A stretch of 64,000 nucleotides of DNA, taken from assembly GCA_965202805.1 (NCBI GenBank), contig OZ241869.1, positions 3,956,863 to 4,020,862 on the forward strand. Direction: 5' to 3'. Under the pieces are notes generated by a model. That model was not told the origin of the DNA. It was given only the letters and a program-made list of their open reading frames with translations, and did no database searches. This stretch comes from Longimicrobiales bacterium (GTDB taxonomy: Bacteria > Gemmatimonadota > Gemmatimonadetes > Longimicrobiales > Gaopeijiaceae). Position numbers and translations under genes: made by a program. Shown here in pieces: positions 18,595-28,613 of this stretch (position 1 is its first letter; the number at the start of each line of letters is the position of its first letter).

Positions 18595-20068
18595 CTTCCC
18601 GCTGGCGCGCGTCATGGAGCGGCTGGCGGCCGCCGGCGCGCTCGCTCCCGGGGCGGATGTCCCGGGAGAGGTCGGGCTGTGCGGGGTGAGCCACGATTCA
18701 CGGCACGTCGGCGAGGGCGACCTCTTCGTGGCCTGGCGGGGCGCCGAGCACGACGGTCACGACTTCGTGGGCGAGGCGGCGGGGCGGGGGGCGGTGGCGG
18801 CGCTGGTGGAGACGCCCCTGCCCGACGTGCCCGTGCCGCAGGTGGTGGTGCTCGACGGCCGCCTCGCGGGCGCGCTCGCCGCCGACGAGTTCTTCGGCAA
18901 TCCGTGCCGCGACCTCTTCGTCTACGCGGTCACCGGCACCAACGGCAAGACCACGACCACGCTGCTGGCGCGTCACCTGCTGAGGGCCGGCGGGGCGTCC
19001 GCCGCGATCGGTACGCTGGGCCTCGTGGACGCCGGCGGGGACGTGCGCCCGCGCACGGCGGGTCTCACGACGCCGGGGCCGGTGCAACTCTCCGCGTGGA
19101 TCCGGTCCCTCGCGGATGCGGGAGTTCGGCATGTCGGGCTGGAAGCATCCTCCCACGCCCTCGACCAGCGTCGTCTCGACGGAGTTCAACTCGACGCCGT
19201 CGCCTACACCAACCTGTCTCGCGACCATCTCGACTACCACCCCGACATGGATGGCTACCGGGCCGCCAAGGCGCGCGCGGTCGAGCTGGTGGTTCCGGAG
19301 GGAACCGTGGTCGTGAACGCGGACGAGCCCGCCTGGGTTCGCCTTGAGAGCGGCTCGCGGACCCGGCTGTCCTACGGCGTGGACTCCGCTGCCGCGCTGA
19401 CCGCCACCTCTCTCGAGCTCGGCCCCGCGGGCACGCGCTTCGAGCTGTCCCATGAGGGGAGCGCCCTGCCGGTGTCGATGCCCCTGCTGGGCCGCTTCAA
19501 CGTGGAGAACGCCCTGGCGGCGGCGGGCATCGCGCTGGCCGCCGGCCGTCGCGTGGACGAGGTCGTCGACGGACTCGGGAGCGCGCCCGCGGTCCCGGGA
19601 CGCATGGAGCTCGTCGCCAGCCACCCATGCCCGGTGGTCATCGACTACGCGCATACCCCCGACGCGCTGGCCTGCCTCCTGGATACTCTGCGGCACCTCA
19701 CCGGCGGCCGGCTCATCGTCCTCTTCGGGGCGGGAGGAGACCGCGACGCCGCCAAGCGTCCCCTGATGGGCCGGGCGGTGGCCGAGAGGGCGGATCTGGC
19801 CGTCGTCACCTCGGACAACCCGCGCACCGAGGACCCGGAAGCGATCATCGACCAGGTGGTCGCGGGGATGGCCGGGGCCGAGTACGAACGGGATGCCGAC
19901 CGCCGCGCCGCCATCGGGCGGGCGCTCGACCTGGCCGCGCCCGGGGACCTGGTGGTCCTCGCGGGGAAGGGGCACGAGACCTCCCAGTTCATCGGCGGCG
20001 AGGAGCTGCCCTTCGACGAGCGCCGGATCGTGCTCGCCCACCTCGCCGGCGGAGAGGAGGGCGCATGA
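18578..20068 (+). CDS. murE: MurE ligase (meso-DAP type)
   Basis: GTNGKTT, EASSH, DYAHTPD, GGDRD, DNPR and GKGHE. Confidence 0.95.
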   Translation: MDRADSFPLARVMERLAAAGALAPGADVPGEVGLCGVSHDSRHVGEGDLFVAWRGAEHDGHDFVGEAAGRGAVAALVETPLPDVPVPQVVVLDGRLAGALAADEFFGNPCRDLFVYAVTGTNGKTTTTLLARHLLRAGGASAAIGTLGLVDAGGDVRPRTAGLTTPGPVQLSAWIRSLADAGVRHVGLEASSHALDQRRLDGVQLDAVAYTNLSRDHLDYHPDMDGYRAAKARAVELVVPEGTVVVNADEPAWVRLESGSRTRLSYGVDSAAALTATSLELGPAGTRFELSHEGSALPVSMPLLGRFNVENALAAAGIALAAGRRVDEVVDGLGSAPAVPGRMELVASHPCPVVIDYAHTPDALACLLDTLRHLTGGRLIVLFGAGGDRDAAKRPLMGRAVAERADLAVVTSDNPRTEDPEAIIDQVVAGMAGAEYERDADRRAAIGRALDLAAPGDLVVLAGKGHETSQFIGGEELPFDERRIVLAHLAGGEEGA

Positions 20069-21474
20069 CCGCGTTTCGGTGGACCCACGAGCGCGTGCAG
20101 GCGGCGCTCTCCCTGCGGGATGTGCCGGCGCCGGCCGGAACCACGTTTGCGGGCATCTCCACCGATACGCGTGCCCTGGCCGGGGGCGAGCTCTTCGTGG
20201 CCATCGCGGGAGAGAACTTCGATGGACACGACTTCGTGGCCGATGCGGTTTCGGCGGGGGCGGCGGGGGTGGTGGTCTCGCGGGCGGTCACCGTCCGGGT
20301 ACCGGTGCCGGTGTACCGTGTGCCGGACACCCTGGTCGCGCTGGGACACCTGGCCCGCTACCGCCGCCGCCGCCACGCGGCCCAGGTCGTCGCCATCACC
20401 GGATCCTCCGGAAAGACCACGACCAAGGAATTCCTGCGGGGAGCCCTCCAGCGCAGCTACCGGGTGCACGCCAATGCCGGCAACCTCAACAACCGGATCG
20501 GGCTTCCCCTGACGATTCTGGAAGCCCCGGATGCGGCGGAGGTGCTCGTGCTGGAGATGGGCACCAACGAGCCGGGCGAGATCGCGGCCCTCACCGCCAT
20601 CGCGGAGCCCGACATCGCGGCGGTGACGACCGTCTCCGACGCCCATCTGGAAAAGCTCGGCTCGCTGGAAGGGGTGTTTCGCGAGAAGCTGGCGCTGGTC
20701 GCCGGGTTGAACGGACGCGGTGCGGTGGTGGTGGGCGACCAGCCGCCGGCTCTCCCCGAACGGGCTCGCGAGCTTCATCCCAACGTGCGGGTCGCCGGGT
20801 GGTCCGCCTCCGCCGACGCCAACCTGAGACCCCAGAATCCGCATCCGGACGCCGAGGGGCGCTACTTCTTCGACTGGCGCAACCAGCGCGTCCACCTCCA
20901 GGTGCCGGGGCGGCACGCGGTCTACGACGGCCTCATCGCGCTGGCCGTCTCCGACCTCCTGCAGGCACCCCACGGCCTGGCCGTGCGCGGGCTCGAGCGA
21001 TACAGGCCGCAGGGCATGCGGGGCGAACAGCTGCACGCGGGCGACCTCACCCTCCTGCTCGACTGCTACAACGCGAACCCGCAAAGCGTCCGCGCCGCCC
21101 TCGACCTGCTTGGGCTTATTCCCTCTCCGGGGCGCAGGGTCGCGGTACTGGGAAGCATGCTCGAGCTGGGCGAGCGGAGCGCGGCGCTGCACGACGAGCT
21201 CCTGAGCGAAGCCCTGTCCCGGGCGGTGGACGTGGTGCTGGCGCTGGGCGAGTTCGCCGCCGCCGCCGAACGTCTGCGCGTGGCGGGACGGCAGGGCAGG
21301 GAGACGGCGCTGATCGCCAGCACGGACGCCGCGGAGGGATACGCGCTGCTTCGCGGGTACCTGCAGGGCAACGAGCTGATCCTCCTCAAGGGATCCCGCG
21401 GCGTTCGGCTGGAGCGTCTGGTCCCGCTCATCGAGGCCGACTTCGGCCCGGCGGCTCGAAACGGGGCGAGGTGA
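20065..21474 (+). CDS. murF: MurF ligase
   Basis: GSSGKTTTK, NNRIGLP, DCYNANP and KGSRG. Confidence 0.95.
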   Translation: MTAFRWTHERVQAALSLRDVPAPAGTTFAGISTDTRALAGGELFVAIAGENFDGHDFVADAVSAGAAGVVVSRAVTVRVPVPVYRVPDTLVALGHLARYRRRRHAAQVVAITGSSGKTTTKEFLRGALQRSYRVHANAGNLNNRIGLPLTILEAPDAAEVLVLEMGTNEPGEIAALTAIAEPDIAAVTTVSDAHLEKLGSLEGVFREKLALVAGLNGRGAVVVGDQPPALPERARELHPNVRVAGWSASADANLRPQNPHPDAEGRYFFDWRNQRVHLQVPGRHAVYDGLIALAVSDLLQAPHGLAVRGLERYRPQGMRGEQLHAGDLTLLLDCYNANPQSVRAALDLLGLIPSPGRRVAVLGSMLELGERSAALHDELLSEALSRAVDVVLALGEFAAAAERLRVAGRQGRETALIASTDAAEGYALLRGYLQGNELILLKGSRGVRLERLVPLIEADFGPAARNGAR

Positions 21475-21477
21475 ACC

Positions 21478-22584
21478 ATGCTGTATCATCTCCTGCCCCG
21501 GTTCACCGATGTGCATATCGGCTTCAACCTGTTCACGTACATCACCTTCCGCACCGCCGGGGCCGTGGTGACCGCGCTGGTGCTCACCTTCCTGCTCGGC
21601 CCGGCGATGATCCGCTGGCTCACCCGGTTGCGTTTCGGACAGGTCGTGCGCGAGAACGGTCCGGAGACCCACCTGAAGAAGGCCGGCACGCCGACCATGG
21701 GCGGGACGCTGATCATCGCCGCCGCGACCGTCTCCACGCTGCTCTGGGCCGAGCTCACCAACGTGGCGATCGTCGTCGTCCTCGCGACCTTCCTCTGGAC
21801 CGGGGCCATCGGCTTTCTCGACGACTACCTGAAGGTGGTCAAGAAGACGAGCGCGGGGCTGGCGGGGCGCTACAAGATGATCGGGCAGTGGGCCTTCGGG
21901 CTGGCGCTGGGGCTGTTCCTCCTGCTCTACCCGGTGTGGCCCGTCCCGGCGACCTGGACGGGCGTACCGTTCTTCGCCGAGGTGGTGGCGGTCTTCTTCC
22001 CGCCGGTCTACGTGCTGTTCGTGGCCACGGTGGTTTCCGGCACCTCGAACGCGGTGAACCTGACGGACGGGCTCGACGGCCTGGCCGCCGGGCTGTGCGG
22101 GATCGCGGCCGCCACCTTCGGCATCTTCGCCTACCTCATCGGGCGCGTGGACACCTCCGCCTACCTGGGCGTGCTCTACCTGCCCGGGGTGGGGGAGCTG
22201 ACGGTGTTCGCGGGCGCCCTGGCCGGGGCGGCGATCGGGTTCCTCTGGTTCAACGCGCACCCCGCGCAGGTGATCATGGGGGACACCGGTTCCCTGTCGC
22301 TGGGAGGCGCCATCGGCGTCATGGCCATCCTCCTCAAGTCCGAGTTCCTGCTGGTGATCGTAGGGGGGGTATTCGTAGCGGAGGCGCTCTCGGTCATCGG
22401 GCAGGTGGGGTACTTCAAGTTCACGGCACGGCGCTACGGCGAGGGGCGGCGGATCTTTCTCATGGCCCCCGTTCACCACCACTTCGAGAAGCTCGGATGG
22501 CCGGAAAGCAAGGTCGTCACGCGCTTCTGGATCGTCGGCGTGCTCTGCGCGATGCTCGCCCTGAGCACCCTCAAGATCCGATAG
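21478..22584 (+). CDS. mraY: Phospho-MurNAc-pentapeptide transferase
   Basis: KAGTPTMGG, DDYLK, NAVNLTDGLDGL, MGDTGS and MAPVHHHFE. Confidence 0.97.
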   Translation: MLYHLLPRFTDVHIGFNLFTYITFRTAGAVVTALVLTFLLGPAMIRWLTRLRFGQVVRENGPETHLKKAGTPTMGGTLIIAAATVSTLLWAELTNVAIVVVLATFLWTGAIGFLDDYLKVVKKTSAGLAGRYKMIGQWAFGLALGLFLLLYPVWPVPATWTGVPFFAEVVAVFFPPVYVLFVATVVSGTSNAVNLTDGLDGLAAGLCGIAAATFGIFAYLIGRVDTSAYLGVLYLPGVGELTVFAGALAGAAIGFLWFNAHPAQVIMGDTGSLSLGGAIGVMAILLKSEFLLVIVGGVFVAEALSVIGQVGYFKFTARRYGEGRRIFLMAPVHHHFEKLGWPESKVVTRFWIVGVLCAMLALSTLKIR

Positions 22585-22604
22585 ATCGCGATGGATTTCA
22601 GGCA

Positions 22605-22633
22605 GATTACGTATTTTACGCATTTTACGCATT
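22605..22633. repeat. 29-bp dispersed element, copy 1 (3 x TTACGYATT)
   Basis: GATTACGTATTTTACGCATTTTACGCATT; exact reverse complement of 46121-46149. Confidence 0.9.
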
Positions 22634-22651
22634 CCGGTACGGCGGAACCTC

Positions 22652-24046
22652 ATGGCGGCACTGAGCGGGCAGCGCATCGCGATCGTCGGCCTTGGAGCGA
22701 GCGGCCGGGCCGCCGCCCGGCTTGCGCTCCGGCACGGCGGGGAGGCGCATGTGTCGGACGATGCCGACACGCCCGCGTTGCGCGCGCACGCAGAGGAACT
22801 GGAGGCCATGGGCGCGTGCGTCCGGCTGGGCGGCCACGATCCGGCGCGGATCGCGGCGTCCGAGGTGGTCGTGGCCAGCCCGGGCATCCCGCCACAGGCG
22901 CCGGTGCTTTCGTCCCTCGGCAAGGCGGGGGAGCACTGGATCTCCGAGCCGGAGTTCGCGTTTCGCTTCTTCCGCAGCCCGCTGATCGCCGTGACCGGCA
23001 CCAACGGCAAGACCACCACCTCGGCGCTGGCGGCCCGGATGCTCGAGGAGGCGGGCGTGTCGACGGGGCTGGGCGGCAACATCGGGGGAGGTCTGGGCCC
23101 CCCCGCCTGCGAGCTGGCGCTTCGAGATCCGCCCCCGGACTGGCTGGTGGTTGAAATGAGTTCCTACCAGCTCGGCGCCATCTCCCGTCTTCGTCCGGAC
23201 ATCGGCGTGGTCACGAACCTCGCGCCCGACCACCTCGACCGCTATCCCGACCGCGAAGCCTACTACGCCGACAAGGCGCGGCTCTTCGCCAATGCAGACC
23301 CGGGATGCCGGTGGGTGCTCGAGCACAATGTGTCCGGCGCCCTGCCGCTGGCCGGCGAGGTGCCGGGCGAGCGCTTTCTCTTCGACGCGGGCGGCGCGAC
23401 GGGTCCCGATGCCGGCGCGCGGGAGCGGGTGCTCTCCGCGTACGCGTGCGAGGGATGGCTGATGCTCGCTCTCGACGGCAGCGAGGAGCCTGTGATTCGG
23501 GTCGTCGACCTGCCTCTCGCCGGTCGCGCCGGTCTCGCCAACACCATGGCCGCGGCACTCGTCGCACGCCTGGTCGGCGCCGGCAGGAGGGCCATCGCCG
23601 CGGCCGCGCGGACCTTCCGCCCGCTGCCCCACCGCCTGGAGCAGGTGGTCGAGCGCGACGGCGTCCTCTGGGTGAACGACTCGAAGGCGACCAACGTGGC
23701 CGCCGCCGGCGGCGCGGTCCGCAGCTTCAGCCGGCCGATCGTGCTTCTGGCCGGCGGCCAGGACAAGGGAGAGGACCTCGCACCGCTCGCCGACGCCATC
23801 CGGGGCCGGGTCCGCTGCGTGGTCGCGTATGGCGATGCCCGCTTCCGCCTCGAGGAGGCCCTGGCGGGGGCCGCGTCCCTGGTTCGCGTCGACACCGACT
23901 TCGATGCGGCGGTCGATGAGGCCGCGCGACAGGCCCGGCCCGGCGACGTCATCCTGCTCTCTCCCGCCTGCGCGAGCTTCGACCTGTTCTCCGACTACGA
24001 GGCGCGAGGGCACCGGTTCGCCGCGCTCGCGCGAGGGGAGGTCTGA
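22652..24046 (+). CDS. murD: MurD ligase
   Basis: GLGASG, SPGIP, GTNGKTT, EMSSYQL, DHLDRY, NDSKATN and SPACASFD. Confidence 0.96.
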   Translation: MAALSGQRIAIVGLGASGRAAARLALRHGGEAHVSDDADTPALRAHAEELEAMGACVRLGGHDPARIAASEVVVASPGIPPQAPVLSSLGKAGEHWISEPEFAFRFFRSPLIAVTGTNGKTTTSALAARMLEEAGVSTGLGGNIGGGLGPPACELALRDPPPDWLVVEMSSYQLGAISRLRPDIGVVTNLAPDHLDRYPDREAYYADKARLFANADPGCRWVLEHNVSGALPLAGEVPGERFLFDAGGATGPDAGARERVLSAYACEGWLMLALDGSEEPVIRVVDLPLAGRAGLANTMAAALVARLVGAGRRAIAAAARTFRPLPHRLEQVVERDGVLWVNDSKATNVAAAGGAVRSFSRPIVLLAGGQDKGEDLAPLADAIRGRVRCVVAYGDARFRLEEALAGAASLVRVDTDFDAAVDEAARQARPGDVILLSPACASFDLFSDYEARGHRFAALARGEV

Positions 24047-25312
24047 ATGCCCGCCATGGCCACCTCCGCGTATCCGGCGCCCGCCTCGCCCGCGTATCCG
24101 GCGCCCGCCTCGCCCGCGTACCCCTCACCCACCTCGCCCGCGTACCCCGCGCCCGCCGTGCACGACGCCCGGCCGCTCGCGGCTGCCCGTCTCAGCGGCC
24201 GGTGGGAGGGCGCCGCGGTCATGACGCTGACGCTGCTTCTGCTCTCGTTCGGGCTGGTGACCCTCTACAGCGCAAGCTCCTTCCTGGCACAGCGGCAGGG
24301 ACTTCCCGACTACCATTTCGTCGTCCGCCAGGCCATCGGTGCCGGCGCGGGGCTGGTCTTTCTTCTGATCTTCTCGCGGATTCCATACGACAAGTGGCAG
24401 TCGCTGGCGTGGCCCATGATGCTGGCAGCCTGGCTGCTGCTGGTCTTCATCATCCTCCCGGGCACCGAGTCCTTCGCGCCGGAGCGGAACGGGGCGCGCC
24501 GCTGGCTCCAGGTGGGCCCGGCGAGCTTCCAGCCGTCGGAGGCGGCCAAGCTGGCGACCCTGGTGTGGACGGCGGGTCTGGCGGTGAAGAAACAGGATCT
24601 GTTCCGGAGCCTCACGCGCGGACTCGGCCCCTTCCTCGTGATCTGGGCCGCCATGCTGGTGCCCGTCCTTCTCGAGCCGGACTTCTCCACGGCGGCTCTG
24701 ATCGGAATGCTCGGCTGCATCATCGTCTTCGCCGCGGGCGCACGCCTGGCGCACTTCGCTTTCCTCGGCGTGCTCGCCGCGCCGGTCGTTCTGCACCAGT
24801 TCGCGACCGATTTTCGCGAGATGCGTCTCGGCGCCTTCCTCAACCCGGAAGCGCACACCTCCGGCGCCGGGTACCAGGTGCACCAGTCGCTGATCGCGAT
24901 CGGCTCGGGGGGGATCGGCGGGGTGGGGTTCGGCGAGGGGCAGCAGAAGTTCGGATTCCTTCCGGAGGCGCACAACGACTTCATCTTCGCCCTGATCGGG
25001 GAGGAATGGGGACTGATCGGGGTCGCTCTCCTGGTCTGCGCCTACGTCGCCCTGATCGTGATCGGCTTCCGCATCGCCCGCCGCGCGGCCGATCTGTTCG
25101 GGGAGCTGCTGGCGGTCGGCTGCACCAGCCTCATCGCCCTGCACGCGTTCCTCCACATGGGCGTCAACCTGAGCCTGCTGCCGGCGACCGGACTCCCGCT
25201 TCCCCTGATTTCGGACGGACGCTCCAACCTGGTGGTCACCCTGGCCGCGATCGGCATCCTGCTGTCCGTGGCCCGGGGCATCCCCCACAATCCGAGGCCG
25301 GGTCATGGTTAG
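24047..25312 (+). CDS. ftsW: SEDS peptidoglycan glycosyltransferase FtsW
   Basis: GARRW, QPSEAAK, EPDF, YQVHQS, LPEAHNDF and EEWG. Confidence 0.95.
   Translation: MPAMATSAYPAPASPAYPAPASPAYPSPTSPAYPAPAVHDARPLAAARLSGRWEGAAVMTLTLLLLSFGLVTLYSASSFLAQRQGLPDYHFVVRQAIGAGAGLVFLLIFSRIPYDKWQSLAWPMMLAAWLLLVFIILPGTESFAPERNGARRWLQVGPASFQPSEAAKLATLVWTAGLAVKKQDLFRSLTRGLGPFLVIWAAMLVPVLLEPDFSTAALIGMLGCIIVFAAGARLAHFAFLGVLAAPVVLHQFATDFREMRLGAFLNPEAHTSGAGYQVHQSLIAIGSGGIGGVGFGEGQQKFGFLPEAHNDFIFALIGEEWGLIGVALLVCAYVALIVIGFRIARRAADLFGELLAVGCTSLIALHAFLHMGVNLSLLPATGLPLPLISDGRSNLVVTLAAIGILLSVARGIPHNPRPGHG
24067..24157 (+). repeat. 24-bp coding tandem repeat (~3.8 units; AYPAPASP)
   Basis: CGCGTATCCGGCGCCCGCCTCGCC x2 exact, plus two degenerate copies. 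Confidence 0.9.
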
Positions 25313-26465
25313 GCGCGAGTCGAGCGTAGTCGTCTTCTCCGGCGGCGGCACGGGAGGGCATTTCTACCCCGCGCTCGCGCTTGCCCGTCAACTCGCCGCG
25401 CTGAGACCCGACATCCGTCCCTACTTCATCGGTTCGCGCCGCGGCGTGGAGGCGAGCGTGCTCCCGGACTGTGGCCTCGACTATGCGCTGGTGGAGGTGG
25501 AGGGGCTGGACCGCCGGCACCTGTGGAACAACGCCATGGTGATGCAGTCGCTGCTCGGCAGCGTCCTTGAGGTCTTCGAGATCTTCCGGCGACTGCGCCC
25601 CGAGCTGGTGGTGGTCACCGGCGGATACGCGTGCGCTCCGTCGGGGCTGGTGGCCGCCTGCATGGGCATTCCGCTGGCGCTTCAGGAGCAGAACAGCCTG
25701 CCGGGCGTCACCACGCGACTGCTCAGCCGGCACGCGGCCCAGATCCACCTCGCGTATCCCGAGGCAAAGCAGGTGATTCCGCGCCGGGCCCGCGACCGGG
25801 CGGTGGTGAGCGGGAATCCCGTGCGTTCCCCGGAGGGGATCGGGCGCGGTGAGGCGCGCCGTCGCTTCGGGCTGGCGCCGAAGGGGCGGGTGGGCCTCGT
25901 GGTGGGAGGCAGCCAGGGCTCTGCGGTGCTCAACCGCCGGATTGCGGAGGCCGTGCTCGGCACGCCGGAGCGCCCGGAGGGCTTTCAGTTGCTCTGGGCC
26001 AGCGGCCCGGCGCACTTCTCCGCGATGTCCCGGGAACTGGCCCGGGCCGGCTCGCCGGACTGGGTGCGGCTGGTGCCGTACATCCACGACATGCCGGGCG
26101 CACTCGCCGCGGCGGACCTCGCGGTGAGCCGGGCGGGGGCGATGGCCACCTCGGAGTTCCTCGTCCACGGGTTGCCCGCGATCCTGCTCCCCCTGCCCAC
26201 CGCGGCCGAAGATCACCAGACCCGCAACGCCAGGGCGCTCGCGGACGCGGGCGTGGCGCTGCACCTCCCCGAGGCCGGGACGGACGCGCGCGCCCTCTGG
26301 TCGGCCATGGTCGACCTCGCGGGCGACGACCGCCGCGTGGCGTCGATGGCTCGGGCGGCGCGCGAGCGAGCCCGGCCGGACGCGGCCGCCAACATCGCCG
26401 CCGCGCTCACCGGGCTGCTCCCGCGGGGGCCGCGGTCGGTGACCGTTTCCGGGGAGGCCGCATGA
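25305..26465 (+). CDS. murG: MurG GlcNAc transferase
   Basis: GGGTGGH, GGY, EQN, GNPVR, GGSQG, SRAGA and DHQTRNA. Confidence 0.96.
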   Translation: MVRRESSVVVFSGGGTGGHFYPALALARQLAALRPDIRPYFIGSRRGVEASVLPDCGLDYALVEVEGLDRRHLWNNAMVMQSLLGSVLEVFEIFRRLRPELVVVTGGYACAPSGLVAACMGIPLALQEQNSLPGVTTRLLSRHAAQIHLAYPEAKQVIPRRARDRAVVSGNPVRSPEGIGRGEARRRFGLAPKGRVGLVVGGSQGSAVLNRRIAEAVLGTPERPEGFQLLWASGPAHFSAMSRELARAGSPDWVRLVPYIHDMPGALAAADLAVSRAGAMATSEFLVHGLPAILLPLPTAAEDHQTRNARALADAGVALHLPEAGTDARALWSAMVDLAGDDRRVASMARAARERARPDAAANIAAALTGLLPRGPRSVTVSGEAA

Positions 26466-27865
26466 GCGCCCGGGGTCTGCGCGACCGCGCGCGCGAGGGC
26501 ACGGTGCACTTCATGGGCATCGGCGGCGCGGGAATGTGCGCGCTGGCCGAGCTCTTCCACCGCTCCGGCTACGGAGTGACCGGCTGCGACCTGCGGCGCG
26601 GCCTGAGCGCGCGGTCGCTCGAGGCGCTGGGCATTCCCGTCGCCATCGGCCACGACCCCGATCACCTGGTTGGCGTCTCGGCTGTCGTGGTCTCCTCCGC
26701 CATCAGCCCGTCCAACCCGGAGGTGCGCGCGGCGCACGAGCGGGGCATCCCGGTGGTCAAGCGGGCGGAGGCGCTCGGGCAGTGGGTCAACCCGGGCACG
26801 GTCGTGGCGGTGGCCGGGACCCACGGCAAGACCACCACCACCGCGTTCGCCACCGAGATCCTGGCGGCGGCCGGCCGGGACCCCACCGGGCTGGTCGGGG
26901 GACGGGTCGCGGGGTGGAAGGGCAACCTGCGCTACGGACGCGGCGACCTGTACGTGGTCGAGGCCGACGAGTACGACCGCTCCTTCCACCACATCGCGCC
27001 CCGCACGGCCCTGGTCACCAACCTGGAGGCGGATCACCTCGACACCTACGGCGACCTCGCACACCTGCGCCGCGCGTTCCTCACCTTCGTGGGCGCGGTG
27101 CCCGCGGACGGCACGGTATGTGTCTGCGCCGACGATCCGGGAGCCTCGAAGCTGCTGGCCGGTCTCGACGCCCGCACCTCCACCTATGGCTTCAGCGCGG
27201 GCGCCCAGTTGCGGGCGACGCGGGTGCGCACCGGCTCCGGCGGAACCCGGGCGCGCATCTTCGAGGGCGGACGGGACCGGGGCGACGTGTCGATCCCCAT
27301 CCCCGGCAGGCACAACCTGCTCAACGCCCTGGGCGCGTCCGCGGCCGCGCGCGGGATGGGCGTCGAGTGGCGCGACATCCGCCGGTCGCTGGCGGGCTTC
27401 AGCGGGGTGCGCCGCCGCTTCGAGCAGCTCGGCTGCGAGCGCGGGGTGACCGTGGTGGACGACTATGCACACCATCCCACCGAGATCGCGGCGGCGCTCG
27501 CGGCCGCGCGCGGCAGCTTCCCCGGAGCCCGCCTGGTGGCCGTCTTCCAGCCTCACCTGTTTTCGCGCACGCGGGACTTCGCCGGCCAGTTCGGCGAGGC
27601 CCTCGCGGCGGCGGACCAGGTCTGGGTTGCCGATGTCTACCCCGCGCGCGAGGCGCCCATCCCGGGCATCACGGGCGAACTCGTGTCCGGGGCGGTAGCC
27701 GCGGCGGGGGGACGGGATACGCGCTACCACCCGGAAATGACCACGCTCCCCACCGCCCTGGCCGGCAGCCTTCGCGCGGGGGACGTATGCCTGACTCTGG
27801 GCGCCGGATCGATCGAGTCCACCGGTCCCGCGCTCCTTCGCCGCCTGGGAGGACCCGATGCGTAG
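26462..27865 (+). CDS. murC: MurC ligase
   Basis: GIGGAGM, GTHGKTTT, EADEYD, DDYAHHPTEI and FQPHLFSRT. Confidence 0.96.
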   Translation: MSARGLRDRAREGTVHFMGIGGAGMCALAELFHRSGYGVTGCDLRRGLSARSLEALGIPVAIGHDPDHLVGVSAVVVSSAISPSNPEVRAAHERGIPVVKRAEALGQWVNPGTVVAVAGTHGKTTTTAFATEILAAAGRDPTGLVGGRVAGWKGNLRYGRGDLYVVEADEYDRSFHHIAPRTALVTNLEADHLDTYGDLAHLRRAFLTFVGAVPADGTVCVCADDPGASKLLAGLDARTSTYGFSAGAQLRATRVRTGSGGTRARIFEGGRDRGDVSIPIPGRHNLLNALGASAAARGMGVEWRDIRRSLAGFSGVRRRFEQLGCERGVTVVDDYAHHPTEIAAALAAARGSFPGARLVAVFQPHLFSRTRDFAGQFGEALAAADQVWVADVYPAREAPIPGITGELVSGAVAAAGGRDTRYHPEMTTLPTALAGSLRAGDVCLTLGAGSIESTGPALLRRLGGPDA

Positions 27866-28613
27866 GTTGCTCGCGTTGACCGTTCCCCTCATGCTCGCGG
27901 CAGCCACGGTGGCTGCCCTGGGCGACGGTCCCGACATTCTCGCGCGCTTTGCCAGATTCCGCGTCTCCGCCGTGGAAGTTCGGGGTGTGCGCTATCTCGA
28001 CTCCGAGGAAATCCGCCAGTGGATTCCGGTCTACGAGGACGAGCGCGGGGGGGCGCGGTCGCTCGAAGGGCGCCTGCGCACCCATCGGCTGATCGAAGAG
28101 GCCACGGTCCGAACCCTCCCGGGCGACACCGTGGAGATCGTCATCCGGGAGCGCCGGCCGGTCGCCCTGGTGGCGACGCCGGCCCTGAATCCCGTCGATC
28201 CCGGGGGGGAGTACATCCCCCTCGATCCCGCCCTGCACCGCCTCGACCTGCCCATCCTGCGTCCCATGGAGGCGCAGGCCGGCACGCTGGCGGTCACGGA
28301 ACACCAGCAGATCCAGGCCATGGCCGCGGAGGTGCATCGGCTGGGCGAGCTGCATCCCGACTTCGCGCATTCCGTCTCGGAAATCGCCTGGACCGCGCAG
28401 GGGACCCTGACGGCCCGCTTCTCGGAGACCGAGGCCGTACTGCATTTCGAACCCCCGCTGAGCGTGCGGCGTCTGCGCCAGGGAATTGCGGCCCTGGCCG
28501 ACGCCGTCGCGCGAGCCCCGGACCGAACCGTCACCGTGGCCGACCTGCGCTTCCACGATCAGGTGGTCGTGAGGCACGCGTCCGCGGCCGGGCCGGACAA
28601 CGGGAGGCGATGA
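27858..28613 (+). CDS. ftsQ: Cell division protein FtsQ/DivIB
   Basis: N-terminal TM, POTRA (FRVSAVEVRG), IRERRPVA and DLRFHDQVVV; upstream of ftsA. Confidence 0.85.
   Translation: MRRLLALTVPLMLAAATVAALGDGPDILARFARFRVSAVEVRGVRYLDSEEIRQWIPVYEDERGGARSLEGRLRTHRLIEEATVRTLPGDTVEIVIRERRPVALVATPALNPVDPGGEYIPLDPALHRLDLPILRPMEAQAGTLAVTEHQQIQAMAAEVHRLGELHPDFAHSVSEIAWTAQGTLTARFSETEAVLHFEPPLSVRRLRQGIAALADAVARAPDRTVTVADLRFHDQVVVRHASAAGPDNGRR

Noticed and set aside
22591..22660. ORF MDFRQITYFTHFTH as an attenuator leader peptide
   Set aside because: Its composition is simply the 29-bp repeat translated; there is no early stop or attenuator hairpin.
27858..27865. Absence of murB and ddl between murC and ftsQ
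   Set aside because: These genes are often located outside the dcw cluster; not informative from one window.
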